Shown here in pieces: positions 19,322 to 29,088 of a stretch of 32,862 bases of DNA. The DNA lies in assembly GCA_964655975.1 (NCBI GenBank), contig CAZZPG010000001.1, forward strand, positions 1 through 32,862, in the 5' to 3' direction. The stretch comes from an uncultured Flavobacteriaceae bacterium. GTDB lineage: Bacteria; Bacteroidota; Bacteroidia; Flavobacteriales; Flavobacteriaceae. Within the stretch, counting starts at the first letter, position 1, and every line of letters starts with the position of its first letter. The notes beneath the pieces were generated by a model. That model made no database searches, was not told the DNA's origin, and was given only the letters and a program-made list of their open reading frames with translations. The translations under genes were made by a program, and so were the position numbers.

Positions 19322-21253
19322 ATGATTAAAGAATTAAGAAATAATACCATGACTATTAGTTATAAACCTGCTGGACAATTCGAAGAAACTCGATTTGAAA
19401 AAATACATAATATAATATTTAACAATTCAAATGAGGCATCAATTAGAGTAGCACAAGAAATTGCTTCACTTATCAAAGAAAAACAATCTAAAAACAAACC
19501 TTGTGTATTAGGGTTAGCTACTGGTTCATCTCCCATAAAAGTATATGAAGAACTGGTAAGAATGTATAAAGAAGAACGCTTAAGCTTTGCGAATGTTATT
19601 ACTTTCAATTTAGATGAGTATTATCCTATGGATAAGAAAAATATGCAGAGTTATTATTACTTTATGCATGAACATCTTTTTGACTATGTTGATATTTTAT
19701 CCGAAAACATCAACATTCCTGATGGTACTATTTCAAATGAAGAAGTATATCAGCACTGTATAGATTATGAATTAAAGATAAAAGAATTAGGAGGCTTAGA
19801 TTTTCAGTTATTAGGTATTGGTAGAACAGGTCATATTGGTTTTAATGAACCAGGGTCTCACTTTAATTCAGGAACTAGAGTAATTACCTTAGACCATATT
19901 ACAAGAGTAGATGCAGCACCTTCATTTTTAGGAATAGAGAATGTGCCAAGAAAAGCCATTACCATGGGTATAGCTACAGTAAGAAATGCAAAACGAATTG
20001 TATTATTAGGATGGGGACAACATAAAGCATCAATCATAAAAGAAACTATTGAAGGAAAAATTTCTTCAGAAGTTCCAGCAACCTATCTTCAAAACCACCA
20101 AAATGCAACCTTTGTATTAGATGTAGAAGCAGGTTCAAAACTGACCAGAAATAAAACCCCATGGTTAGTTGAATCATGTATTTGGACTACAGAGCTAAAA
20201 AACAAAGCTATAGTATGGTTATGTCAAAAAACAAAAAAGACCATATTAAGTTTAACGGATAAAGATTATAACAATAATGGGATGTCTGGTTTATTATCAC
20301 AAGAAGGAACAGCTTATGGTCTAAACATTAAAATGTTTAATAAATTACAGCATACCATAACAGGATGGCCAGGAGGAAAACCCAATGCAGATGATAGTAA
20401 TAGACCAGAACGAGCTAATCCAACTAAGAAAAGAGTACTAATTTTTAGTCCACATCCAGACGATGATGTAATATCAATGGGAGGTACTTTTGATAGATTG
20501 GTAGAGCAGGAACATGAAGTTCATGTTGTTTACCAGACATCAGGCAATATAGCCGTATCGGATGAAGAAGCTTTAAAATTTGCGGAAATTACACAAAGAC
20601 TACATCGTAATTCTGTAGAAGTACAAAAGATTATTGATGATTTATCAAATAAAAAGAAGAATAGTCTTGACACCCTAGAGGTGCGACAATTAAAAGGGCT
20701 GATACGAAGAAGCGAGTCATATGCAGCCACCCGATATGTAGGGTTAAATGATGAAAATATTCACTTTTTAGATTTACCTTTTTATGAAACAGGAACAACA
20801 AAAAAGAACAAATTATCAGAGGTAGATATTAGTATTATGTGTAATATAATAAACGACATTAGACCTCACCAAATTTATGCTGCTGGAGACTTGGCAGACC
20901 CTCATGGCACACATAAAGTTTGCTTGGATGCCTTATTTGAAGCTTTAGAACAAATAAAAACTAAATCATATATGAAAGACTGTTGGGTTTGGTTGTATAG
21001 AGGTGCTTGGCATGAATGGGATATTCATGAAATAGACATGGCAGTTCCTATGAGTCCAGATCAGGTATTAAAAAAGCGTCATGCTATTTTTTATCATCAA
21101 TCTCAAAAAGATGGAGTGATGTTTCAAGGAGAAGATTCAAGAGAATTTTGGATGCGTGCAGAAGAACGTAATAGAAATACAGCTCAAAAATATAATACAT
21201 TAGGTCTAGCTGATTATGCAGCTATGGAAGCTTTTGTTAGATATTATTATTAA
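19322..21253 (+). CDS. nagB: Glucosamine-6-phosphate deaminase with C-terminal PIG-L/LmbE-like domain
   Basis: VLGLATGSSP, TFNLDEY, LLGIGRTGHIGFNEPGS and AITMG in the N-terminal half. SPHPDDD and DPHGTH in the C-terminal half. The start may be a later Met. Confidence 0.95.
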   Translation: MIKELRNNTMTISYKPAGQFEETRFEKIHNIIFNNSNEASIRVAQEIASLIKEKQSKNKPCVLGLATGSSPIKVYEELVRMYKEERLSFANVITFNLDEYYPMDKKNMQSYYYFMHEHLFDYVDILSENINIPDGTISNEEVYQHCIDYELKIKELGGLDFQLLGIGRTGHIGFNEPGSHFNSGTRVITLDHITRVDAAPSFLGIENVPRKAITMGIATVRNAKRIVLLGWGQHKASIIKETIEGKISSEVPATYLQNHQNATFVLDVEAGSKLTRNKTPWLVESCIWTTELKNKAIVWLCQKTKKTILSLTDKDYNNNGMSGLLSQEGTAYGLNIKMFNKLQHTITGWPGGKPNADDSNRPERANPTKKRVLIFSPHPDDDVISMGGTFDRLVEQEHEVHVVYQTSGNIAVSDEEALKFAEITQRLHRNSVEVQKIIDDLSNKKKNSLDTLEVRQLKGLIRRSESYAATRYVGLNDENIHFLDLPFYETGTTKKNKLSEVDISIMCNIINDIRPHQIYAAGDLADPHGTHKVCLDALFEALEQIKTKSYMKDCWVWLYRGAWHEWDIHEIDMAVPMSPDQVLKKRHAIFYHQSQKDGVMFQGEDSREFWMRAEERNRNTAQKYNTLGLADYAAMEAFVRYYY

Positions 21254-21670
21254 CCCGTTGTGCATTTAAATAATGGTAATTTTTAAATTGTTGATAGTAT
21301 TCTAGCTGTTAAATTCTTAAAAAAATTTAGCATAATTTCTACGAATCATGAATTGGTCGTAAAGTTGTGAAAATAATGTTTCAACTCTCTTTCTTTTCTT
21401 TCTGAAAATGTGTACTTGTTTTTTATAATTATGTTGATTTTTTAGTATAGGAGCTTCTAATTTTATCTGTTTTCTTTCAAACAAAACCAATTATAATCAG
21501 CACTTAAATACCCTATTCTTTTTCTGAGATAAGAGTTAAGTACTTCTAAAATTTTATTGTAATTTGCTTTAAAGTTGTTTGTGTATTTAATTGCATGATA
21601 ATCAGATAAATATAAAACTTTAATAAGTCAATGAACAATTTTTTTTTGCATTTTATAATATACAACGGGT
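21253..21670 (-). mobile_element. Internally deleted IS982-family element with both ends retained (418 bp)
   Basis: Terminal inverted repeats ACCCGTTGTGCATT (21253) and AATATACAACGGGT (ending 21670). Minus-strand fragments NNFKANYNKILEVL, GYLSADY, KLEAP..KNQHNYKK and RVETLFSQLYDQFMIRRNYAK match IS982 transposase N- and C-terminal motifs, with frameshifts and stops. Confidence 0.88.
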
Positions 21671-21684
21671 AAATTAATAACAAT

Positions 21685-22452
21685 ATGAATAAATTAAATA
21701 TTCTTTTTAATAACAAATTTAAAAACGTGTTATCTATTTTTTTTACTGCAGGTTTTCCTAAATTAGATGATACTGCAGAAATTATTACAGAATTAAACAA
21801 AAATGGAGTTGATTTTATTGAAGTTGGTTTGCCATACTCAGATCCATTAGCAGATGGGTCTACGATACAAAAGAGTAGCCAGGTTGCACTACAAAATGGA
21901 ATGAATTTAGATGTTATTTTTAATCAGTTAAAAAGGATTAAAAAAATCAATAAAACACCATTGGTATTGATGGGTTATTTGAATCAGGTATTAAAATATG
22001 GTGAGGATAAATTTTGCCAAAGATGTAAAGATTGTGGTATAGAAACTGTTATTATCCCAGATTTACCTATGATTGAATATGAAAATCATTATCAACAGTT
22101 GTTTAAGAATTATGGAATTACCAACGTGTTTTTAATTACCCCACATACATCTGAAGAACGAATTAAAAAAATAGATCAATTGACAGAGGCTTTTATTTAT
22201 GTAGTAGCATCTGCTTCTATTACAGGTGTAAAAGGAGAAATATCCGAAGAACAGATTGTATATTTTAAACGTATTAAAGCTATGAAGTTACAAAGTAAAT
22301 TAATCGTTGGTTTTGGAATATCTGATAGTAAAACATTTGCTACTGTGTGTACTTATTTTAATGGAGCTATTATTGGTTCTGCATTTATCAAAGAATTAGA
22401 AAAAAATGGTATTAAAGGAATTGGTGAGTTTGTAAGAGGAATTGTTCATTAA
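21685..22452 (+). CDS. trpA: Tryptophan synthase alpha subunit
   Basis: FFTAGFP, IEVGLPYSDPLADGSTIQ, LMGYLN, IIPDLP, IVGFGIS and GAIIGSAF. Confidence 0.97.
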   Translation: MNKLNILFNNKFKNVLSIFFTAGFPKLDDTAEIITELNKNGVDFIEVGLPYSDPLADGSTIQKSSQVALQNGMNLDVIFNQLKRIKKINKTPLVLMGYLNQVLKYGEDKFCQRCKDCGIETVIIPDLPMIEYENHYQQLFKNYGITNVFLITPHTSEERIKKIDQLTEAFIYVVASASITGVKGEISEEQIVYFKRIKAMKLQSKLIVGFGISDSKTFATVCTYFNGAIIGSAFIKELEKNGIKGIGEFVRGIVH

Positions 22453-22546
22453 ATTTGACTCTTAAAAAGGTTAAATTCTTTTCATCTTTTATTTCTTTAT
22501 TAGTTTCAGATTTAAAAACCTATAGCACTTTAGTTCACGTACTAGG

Positions 22547-23977
22547 TTAATTGATTTGATATGGGTTTTCTAAATATTTATCCATTAGATAAATGATACT
22601 TGCCATAGAGGCACTACCTAATTCTAGTTCTCTTTTATTAACTTTATCAAACGTATCATTTTCTGAATGATGATAATCAAAATAACGTTGAGAGTCTGGA
22701 TTGTAACCTACTAAGGTTATAAATTTACTTTTTAAAGGATATATATCTGAACCAGTCCAACCTTTTATTAAATCGTGTAAACCGTATGGGGCAAGAAGTT
22801 TTTTCCAACTTTTAATAAGTTGGGTATTTTTTTTATTACCATCAATAAAAAAGCCTCTTGGTGTATGTCCACCAGCATCAGATTCTAATCCTATAATATG
22901 ATTTTCGTTTTTTAGTTTAGATTCAGAAGCATATTTTTTTGCTCCTTGAGATCCGTTTTCTTCGTTCATAAAAAAGACAATTCTCAGGGTGTTTTTGAGT
23001 TTTATTTTATTTTTTTTTAATAAATAAGCAACCTCTAAAGATTGTACAACTCCTGCTCCATCATCATGAGCACCATCGCCTAAATCCCAAGAATCTAGAT
23101 GCCCACCTACTACCATAATATTTTTTGGGTGTTTACTTCCAGTAATTTGTCCGATAACATTAAAAGATGGTGCATCGGGTAAGTTTGTACAGTTTTGTTT
23201 AAAGTAAAATTTTAAAGTAGGATACTTTTTTAAGTCATCACTTAATATATTTGCAGCTCTTGAGCTAATTGCAGCAGTTGGTATGTATTGTTCTTTTGGT
23301 GTATTGCCATAACTCATTGTTCCTGTATGAGGAGAATTGTCAATACTATTGGTCATTGAACGAACAATTACACCTTTTGCTCCAAATTTTCCACAAACTT
23401 TTGCACCTGCTACACGTTGGTCTACACATCCACCATAGGCAGAAAAAGTTATAATAAGTGTATTATCAAAAGGGCGATTGAAAAATACAATTTTACCAGA
23501 TAATTTATCTCCCAAAGCTTCTGCTTCTTTAATCCCTTTTACTTCAATAATTTGTGCTGTTAATCCGTTTTTTTCTGTAGCAATAGAGCCTCCTAAAGCA
23601 CAAATAGGCACATTTTTTTGTTTTCCATTTATAGTATAATGGGCAATTTCTTTTTCACCTCTAACCCAATGAGGAACCATAACAGGTTGCAACCAAACAG
23701 AATCTAAGCCTATTTTTTTCATGAGTTTTTCACCCCAAATAACTGCTTTTTTTGCTCCTTTAGAACCCGATAAACGACTACCTATGTTGGTGGTCAAATC
23801 TTGCAACCATTCATAAGATTGCCCTTCCATTAGTGCAGAATTAAAAAGGTGTTTGATAAGTGTTGAGTCTTTTTTATACTCTTTTTGAGATAATAAAATA
23901 GGGGGTTTTTTCTCTTTTTTTTCTGAACAAGAAAATAAAAAAGTTGTTGTTAAAAGTAAAAGGAGTAATTTTTTCAT
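22547..23977 (-). CDS. M28 family metallopeptidase (carboxypeptidase Q-like) lipoprotein
   Basis: Lipobox LFSC. IGSRLSGS, GGHLDSWD, GAHDDGAG, NEENG, ESDAG and YFDYHH metal-ligand motifs. Confidence 0.93.
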   Translation of the reverse strand: MKKLLLLLLTTTFLFSCSEKKEKKPPILLSQKEYKKDSTLIKHLFNSALMEGQSYEWLQDLTTNIGSRLSGSKGAKKAVIWGEKLMKKIGLDSVWLQPVMVPHWVRGEKEIAHYTINGKQKNVPICALGGSIATEKNGLTAQIIEVKGIKEAEALGDKLSGKIVFFNRPFDNTLIITFSAYGGCVDQRVAGAKVCGKFGAKGVIVRSMTNSIDNSPHTGTMSYGNTPKEQYIPTAAISSRAANILSDDLKKYPTLKFYFKQNCTNLPDAPSFNVIGQITGSKHPKNIMVVGGHLDSWDLGDGAHDDGAGVVQSLEVAYLLKKNKIKLKNTLRIVFFMNEENGSQGAKKYASESKLKNENHIIGLESDAGGHTPRGFFIDGNKKNTQLIKSWKKLLAPYGLHDLIKGWTGSDIYPLKSKFITLVGYNPDSQRYFDYHHSENDTFDKVNKRELELGSASMASIIYLMDKYLENPYQIN

Positions 23978-24087
23978 TGGGTATTATTTTAATGAATTTA
24001 TAAAATTACGGAAAATTTGTGAGGGAATATAAATTTTTAGAAAAACTATAAAATAAAAGGAATGTAGGTTTTTATAAAAAAAATATT

Positions 24088-25860
24088 TTAAAAATCAAAT
24101 TTCCAAGTAGCACCTGCCAATGCTTGAAAACCTTGAACATCAAAGTTATAAAAATGTTGGTATTTTTTACCAAAAATATTTTTAAGATTTAAAAATACTG
24201 AAAATTTATCATTAAAATGATAACCACCATTTAGGTTTACATCTACATAGGATTTTAAAATTTGAGGAGCTCCGTTTGTTGATGGAAATGTACCGTTATA
24301 GGTAATTCCTTTACGCTCACCTACATAAAAAATATTGGTAGTTACAAAAATTTTATTCTTTTTATATTTTCCAATAAATGCACCTTTTAAATTGGGTAAA
24401 CTCCATGGATATTGTTGAGTTTTTAAGGTGTATTTATTATATTGAGCTTCTAAACCAATATTAAATTGTTTGTTAATATCAAACTCTAAATAACCTGAAA
24501 AAGAGAGTGTTTTAACATCATCATAAAAAACAGAAAAAGAGTTACCATATTCATAACCTTCTAAATTTATTCCTGCTACACTAGTATTTGTACCGTTTGA
24601 TTTTGAGTTATTTCTGATAAATAATAGTTTGTCTTCCTCATTTTTATAGCTTGCTTTAAGGTTGAAACCTACATTTTTAGAAATAGTTCCACTTAAACCA
24701 CCAAAAAAACTGTAGTTTTCATTGGTTGGAGTAATAAATAGAGTAGGAGAGACATATGGATTTTTGGTAATAATATTTCTATAGGAATTGGTATATAAAT
24801 CTCCTTTTGAGCCTATAAAAAAAGTTAGATGGTTTACTATTGGATAGGATATTTTTATATCTGGATAGATAAAAAAATCGTAAGTTTTTAATTGTGTATC
24901 TGCAGAAAAGTAGAGTTTTGTTCCTACTTTTATAGAAAAATCTTTCCATTCAAATTTATAGAAAGGATTTGTTCCTAGAGTAAAAATTGTATAATTAATT
25001 GAGTTTTTACTTGTATATTCTTTAATAAATGAGCCAGTTATTAATTCAATTTTTGATATTGTTTGTAAATTATTAAATCTTCTTCCTAAATTTTTTAATG
25101 GAATATCTATAGTTGTATTTAATAAAAAGATAAATTCTTTACTTTTTGAGGCATCTGTAAAGTAAGAAAAAGAAGTATTTGCAGTTTTAAAAAGGGAGTC
25201 TTCAAAAATTAGTTCTCCAGAAATTTTAAAATGTTGATAGATTTGTTTTTCATTAATTTTTGCAAGTGTAGTTGAACTAAATGGTATGTTAGGTAAACCA
25301 TACCAATTGTACTTATTTCTCTCTGATTTTAGTGAAATTTTCCAATCAAAAAAACGTTCTTTTTGAAGAAAAAATAGACCTACAGAAAGATTAGAAAAAT
25401 TACTATCTAATAGAGTAGATTGTATACTGTTTTCTGATGAAGTATAGTTGGCAAATAGACCAAACTCATTATTAAATTTATAATTATGGTGTAAAAAAAA
25501 CTCTAAAAAAGGGGTAGTATTTGTGCCAAATCCTACGGCTAGATAGTTGTTATATAAACGTTCTTTTTTGCCAATATTAATACCTTTTACTATACCACTT
25601 TTTGGAGTAAAAGTTGAAGCTACAGGGGCAGAAAAAATGGTATATTTCAACTTATTTTTTGCTGTTTTTTTGCTGAGTACAATTTTTGGTTTTGTATTGA
25701 TTTTTGTTGCATCAGAAATTTTGGGGGTATAAGAGGTAACTACATTTATTACTTCTGTTTTTATTGTATCTTTTTCTTTTATAGGGGGTTTTTTTTTCTG
25801 TGCTTTTACAGAAAAGGTTATGAAAACCAATAAGAATAGGATATATATATATTTCATCAA
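24088..25860 (-). CDS. Outer-membrane beta-barrel protein (TonB-dependent receptor-like)
   Basis: Signal peptide (VKA-Q), amphipathic strands, YVDVNLNGGY..FSVFLNLKNIF and terminal WKFDF. Coupled to the upstream TPR gene. Confidence 0.8.
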   Translation of the reverse strand: MMKYIYILFLLVFITFSVKAQKKKPPIKEKDTIKTEVINVVTSYTPKISDATKINTKPKIVLSKKTAKNKLKYTIFSAPVASTFTPKSGIVKGINIGKKERLYNNYLAVGFGTNTTPFLEFFLHHNYKFNNEFGLFANYTSSENSIQSTLLDSNFSNLSVGLFFLQKERFFDWKISLKSERNKYNWYGLPNIPFSSTTLAKINEKQIYQHFKISGELIFEDSLFKTANTSFSYFTDASKSKEFIFLLNTTIDIPLKNLGRRFNNLQTISKIELITGSFIKEYTSKNSINYTIFTLGTNPFYKFEWKDFSIKVGTKLYFSADTQLKTYDFFIYPDIKISYPIVNHLTFFIGSKGDLYTNSYRNIITKNPYVSPTLFITPTNENYSFFGGLSGTISKNVGFNLKASYKNEEDKLLFIRNNSKSNGTNTSVAGINLEGYEYGNSFSVFYDDVKTLSFSGYLEFDINKQFNIGLEAQYNKYTLKTQQYPWSLPNLKGAFIGKYKKNKIFVTTNIFYVGERKGITYNGTFPSTNGAPQILKSYVDVNLNGGYHFNDKFSVFLNLKNIFGKKYQHFYNFDVQGFQALAGATWKFDF

Positions 25861-25862
25861 TT

Positions 25863-28800
25863 TTAATTTTGAGGGGTTACAGAATTATTGGTTTTGGCTT
25901 CGTTAATTTTTATTTTTTTAAGTGTTTTTTTTGCATCTAAGACAATATTTTCATATTTGGTGGCTTTTTTAATTACATTTTCTAAAATATAAGTAGCTTG
26001 GTATGCGTCTTTTAAACCATAGTAATTTGTGGCCATAATAATAAGTCCTTTAAAACCCCAATATTTATATGTAGCATATTTAGATGCTAAAGTTTGAATA
26101 GTTTTGTTAGATTTAGTGTATTGTTTATGCTTATTTTTAAAATAGGCACTGTAATATAATGCTTCTGCTTTTAGTTTTCCTGTAGCTTTTTTTTCTACTG
26201 CATTATAAAAATCTTCTGCGATATCAAAATTTTCATTTTTAAAAGCAGCACGTGCTATAATAATTTTTGCCTCATATTCTATAGTTTCATCAACAAAATC
26301 TTTTGATAATACTTTTTCTGCATAAGTAACGGCTTTTTTGTATTGCTCTGTTTTGTAATAACCTTTCATTAAATTACTTTGTGCATAGGTAATATTTTGA
26401 GGCAAATTTGCTTCTTGTTCTAATCGTTTTAATAGTGGAATTGCCTCTGCCCATTTTTCTTTCTCTAAATAAATTTGAGATAGTTTATTAAGAGCTTCCT
26501 CACTATATTCATTTTGATTTTGCTCTATTACGTATTTATAATATTTAATAGATTTTTCTTGTTGATTTTCTTTGGTGAATAATTGTGCTAAATAAAAATT
26601 GACTTTTAAAGTGTGTAATCCATTTGGAAATTTTTTTGTGTATTTAATAAAACCTTCGATGGCTTTTTTTGTTTTGTTTTCTAAAAATTTATTTTCTGCA
26701 GCTTCAAATGTTGTATTGTCTAAATCTGCATTGGTTACATTTATAAATGAAATGGTTTTTACCCAATTAGCATAGGCATCAATATTTCCTTCATCTATGT
26801 AAATATTTCTGGCGTTGGCAACTGCCTGTTTGGCTTGGTTGGAAGTTGGGAATTTTACTACAATAGTTTTAAATTTTTCTAGAGCTTTATTGTTTTGATT
26901 GCTATTGTAATATAATAATCCTTGACGTAGCAAAACATTGGGTATGTAAGAACTTTTTTTGTGTTTTGTTAGCAGTCTTTTATATGCAATATGTGCTTTG
27001 TTTATTTGTTTTGTTGAAGTATATGTTTTTCCTAATTGAAATAATGCATCATCTTTTAATGATGAGTTTTCAAAAGTATTTATAATAGTTGTTAGAGCTT
27101 CTGTTTTTTTCTGAGAATCACCTAAAAAACCATAACTCATGGCGATTTGATATTGGGCATAATCTGCTCCAACACCAGAAGATTGTGCTATTTTTTGATA
27201 AGATTTTATAGCTTTTCTGTAGTCTTTTGTAGCAAACTTACAATCTCCTAAGCGAATGATAGCATCATCATTCATTGCCATATTTTTAGTTTTTTTATTG
27301 GCAAAAAGTTGAAAGAAATGAATAGCTTTTTTATATTTTTTTAATTTAAAATAACTATAGCCTATGTTGTAATCTACCCAGTTTTTTTCTTCTAATTTTA
27401 ATATGTTTGTATTCTTTTTAAACAAGATAAATCCATCAACCGCAGGTTGGTAATTTAATAACTGATAATTAGTTTCTGCTTTCCAATATAATGCTTTTGC
27501 TTTAATTTTTAAATTTTGAGCTCTTGTTGCTACTACAAATAAAGGATATGCTTTTTTAAATTGCTGTTTGTTAAAAAACTGTATTGCTCTGTATAGAGAA
27601 ACTTCTTTGATTAAAATGGTGTTTTCTGGAGTTCTCTTTTTGGTTAAATAATCTAAAGCACCTTGGTAATTTTGTTCATGTAAAAAAGAGGTAACTACTA
27701 GTTTATTAATTTCAACATAGTGAGATGATTTAGGGTAGGTTTTTAAGAAATCTTGCAAAATAAGTGCAACACTTTTATATGGATTCCCTTCTTCATAACT
27801 CAATTTAGCATAGTGTAAAGAGGCATCTTCTGTTATATTGTTATTAAAATTCATTTCACTAGCACTTTTAAAAGCATTTAAGGCTGCTACTTTTTTATCT
27901 AAATTAAGATAACATTGGGCTAGATGGTAATAAGCATTTTGCGAAACATTGTTTTTTGTTTCAATAATTCGATTAAAATAGGTAACGGCATCTTTATAGT
28001 CTTTTTGCTTACAATATGCGTATCCTAATAAATAATAATCAGTATTATTCCATTTACCACGTTTTCCTTTGTAGGCAAGTAAGTATGGTATTGCTTTGTT
28101 GTATTTTTTTAAATTAAAATAACTTTCTCCAATAATTTTAGAAATTTCAGAAACATCTTTTTGGATTGCTTTTTTAAGTAATTCTTTTCCAACATTTATG
28201 CATTTCTCAAATTTGCCCGCTTTAAAACTAATATCTAATAAGTAATAAGTAACATCATTTTTATATGATTCTACATCGGCAATTTCTGAAAATGTTTTTT
28301 CTGCAGTATTATAATCTTCTTGCTTGTAAGCAATATACCCATAATAATAACGAGAGTCATTACCATATTTTACATCATTTATTAAAGGGAGAAAATGTTT
28401 TTTTGCTAAAGGTAGGTTTTTGGTTACCAATAAAGCATATCCCATTTTAAAATTAAGTTCTTTTTTATCTTCTTTTGAAAGAAGGTTTAAATTAACTTTG
28501 TTGTACCATTTTAGAGCATATGCTACTTTTTTATTGGCAAAATAATAGTTACCTACATTAAAATAAGATTTGTCTTTTTTAATACTATTAGGATATTTTT
28601 TTACAAAGTCTAATACTTTTTTATCGGCATTTGTTTGATTTAGTTTTATGGCACACATAGCATCATAATACGTTGCATCTGCCTTAAAATTTAATCCACT
28701 TTGTTTTTTTTTAGCATTAAAAAAATAGTATTGAGCTGCCGTATAAGCTTTGTTGTTATATAATTTTAATGCGTGGTTATAATTAGCAAGATTATTTATA

Positions 28801-28889
28801 TTAATATCCGTTTCTTGTCCAAAGAAAGGAATTGCTAGAAGAAAGAAGAAATTTAGGGAGAATATTTTTTTATAAAATAGATTTTTCAT
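25863..28889 (-). CDS. Large secreted tetratricopeptide-repeat protein
   Basis: Signal peptide and many TPR units (YYYGYIAY, YYLLGYAY, AYYHLAQCY, YNIGYSYF, ALFQLGKTY). Confidence 0.9.
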   Translation of the reverse strand: MKNLFYKKIFSLNFFFLLAIPFFGQETDININNLANYNHALKLYNNKAYTAAQYYFFNAKKKQSGLNFKADATYYDAMCAIKLNQTNADKKVLDFVKKYPNSIKKDKSYFNVGNYYFANKKVAYALKWYNKVNLNLLSKEDKKELNFKMGYALLVTKNLPLAKKHFLPLINDVKYGNDSRYYYGYIAYKQEDYNTAEKTFSEIADVESYKNDVTYYLLDISFKAGKFEKCINVGKELLKKAIQKDVSEISKIIGESYFNLKKYNKAIPYLLAYKGKRGKWNNTDYYLLGYAYCKQKDYKDAVTYFNRIIETKNNVSQNAYYHLAQCYLNLDKKVAALNAFKSASEMNFNNNITEDASLHYAKLSYEEGNPYKSVALILQDFLKTYPKSSHYVEINKLVVTSFLHEQNYQGALDYLTKKRTPENTILIKEVSLYRAIQFFNKQQFKKAYPLFVVATRAQNLKIKAKALYWKAETNYQLLNYQPAVDGFILFKKNTNILKLEEKNWVDYNIGYSYFKLKKYKKAIHFFQLFANKKTKNMAMNDDAIIRLGDCKFATKDYRKAIKSYQKIAQSSGVGADYAQYQIAMSYGFLGDSQKKTEALTTIINTFENSSLKDDALFQLGKTYTSTKQINKAHIAYKRLLTKHKKSSYIPNVLLRQGLLYYNSNQNNKALEKFKTIVVKFPTSNQAKQAVANARNIYIDEGNIDAYANWVKTISFINVTNADLDNTTFEAAENKFLENKTKKAIEGFIKYTKKFPNGLHTLKVNFYLAQLFTKENQQEKSIKYYKYVIEQNQNEYSEEALNKLSQIYLEKEKWAEAIPLLKRLEQEANLPQNITYAQSNLMKGYYKTEQYKKAVTYAEKVLSKDFVDETIEYEAKIIIARAAFKNENFDIAEDFYNAVEKKATGKLKAEALYYSAYFKNKHKQYTKSNKTIQTLASKYATYKYWGFKGLIIMATNYYGLKDAYQATYILENVIKKATKYENIVLDAKKTLKKIKINEAKTNNSVTPQN

Positions 28890-29064
28890 AAAAGCTATAA
28901 TTTTTTTACTATTTAAAAAAGATAACGTATTAATTTTAATTTTGTTGGACAGTTTTTTAAAAAACTCCTCAAAAATAATAAATATTGCAGTCTTTTTGTA
29001 TAAAATAGAAAGAAAAGGAAGAATTATTGTAAGTATATTTAAAATAAAGAATCAAAAAAATATG

Positions 29065-29072
29065 TAGGTTTG
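29065..29072 (+). promoter_or_regulatory. Candidate -7 promoter element for ftsE
   Basis: TAGGTTTG matches TAnnTTTG, 16 nt upstream of the ATG. No clear -33 element. Confidence 0.45.
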
Positions 29073-29088
29073 TAAAAAGAAAAAATTT

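Noticed and set aside
21546-21800. 84-aa minus-strand ORF
   Set aside because: Antisense to the trpA 5' end and runs into the IS relic out of frame with the transposase fragment.
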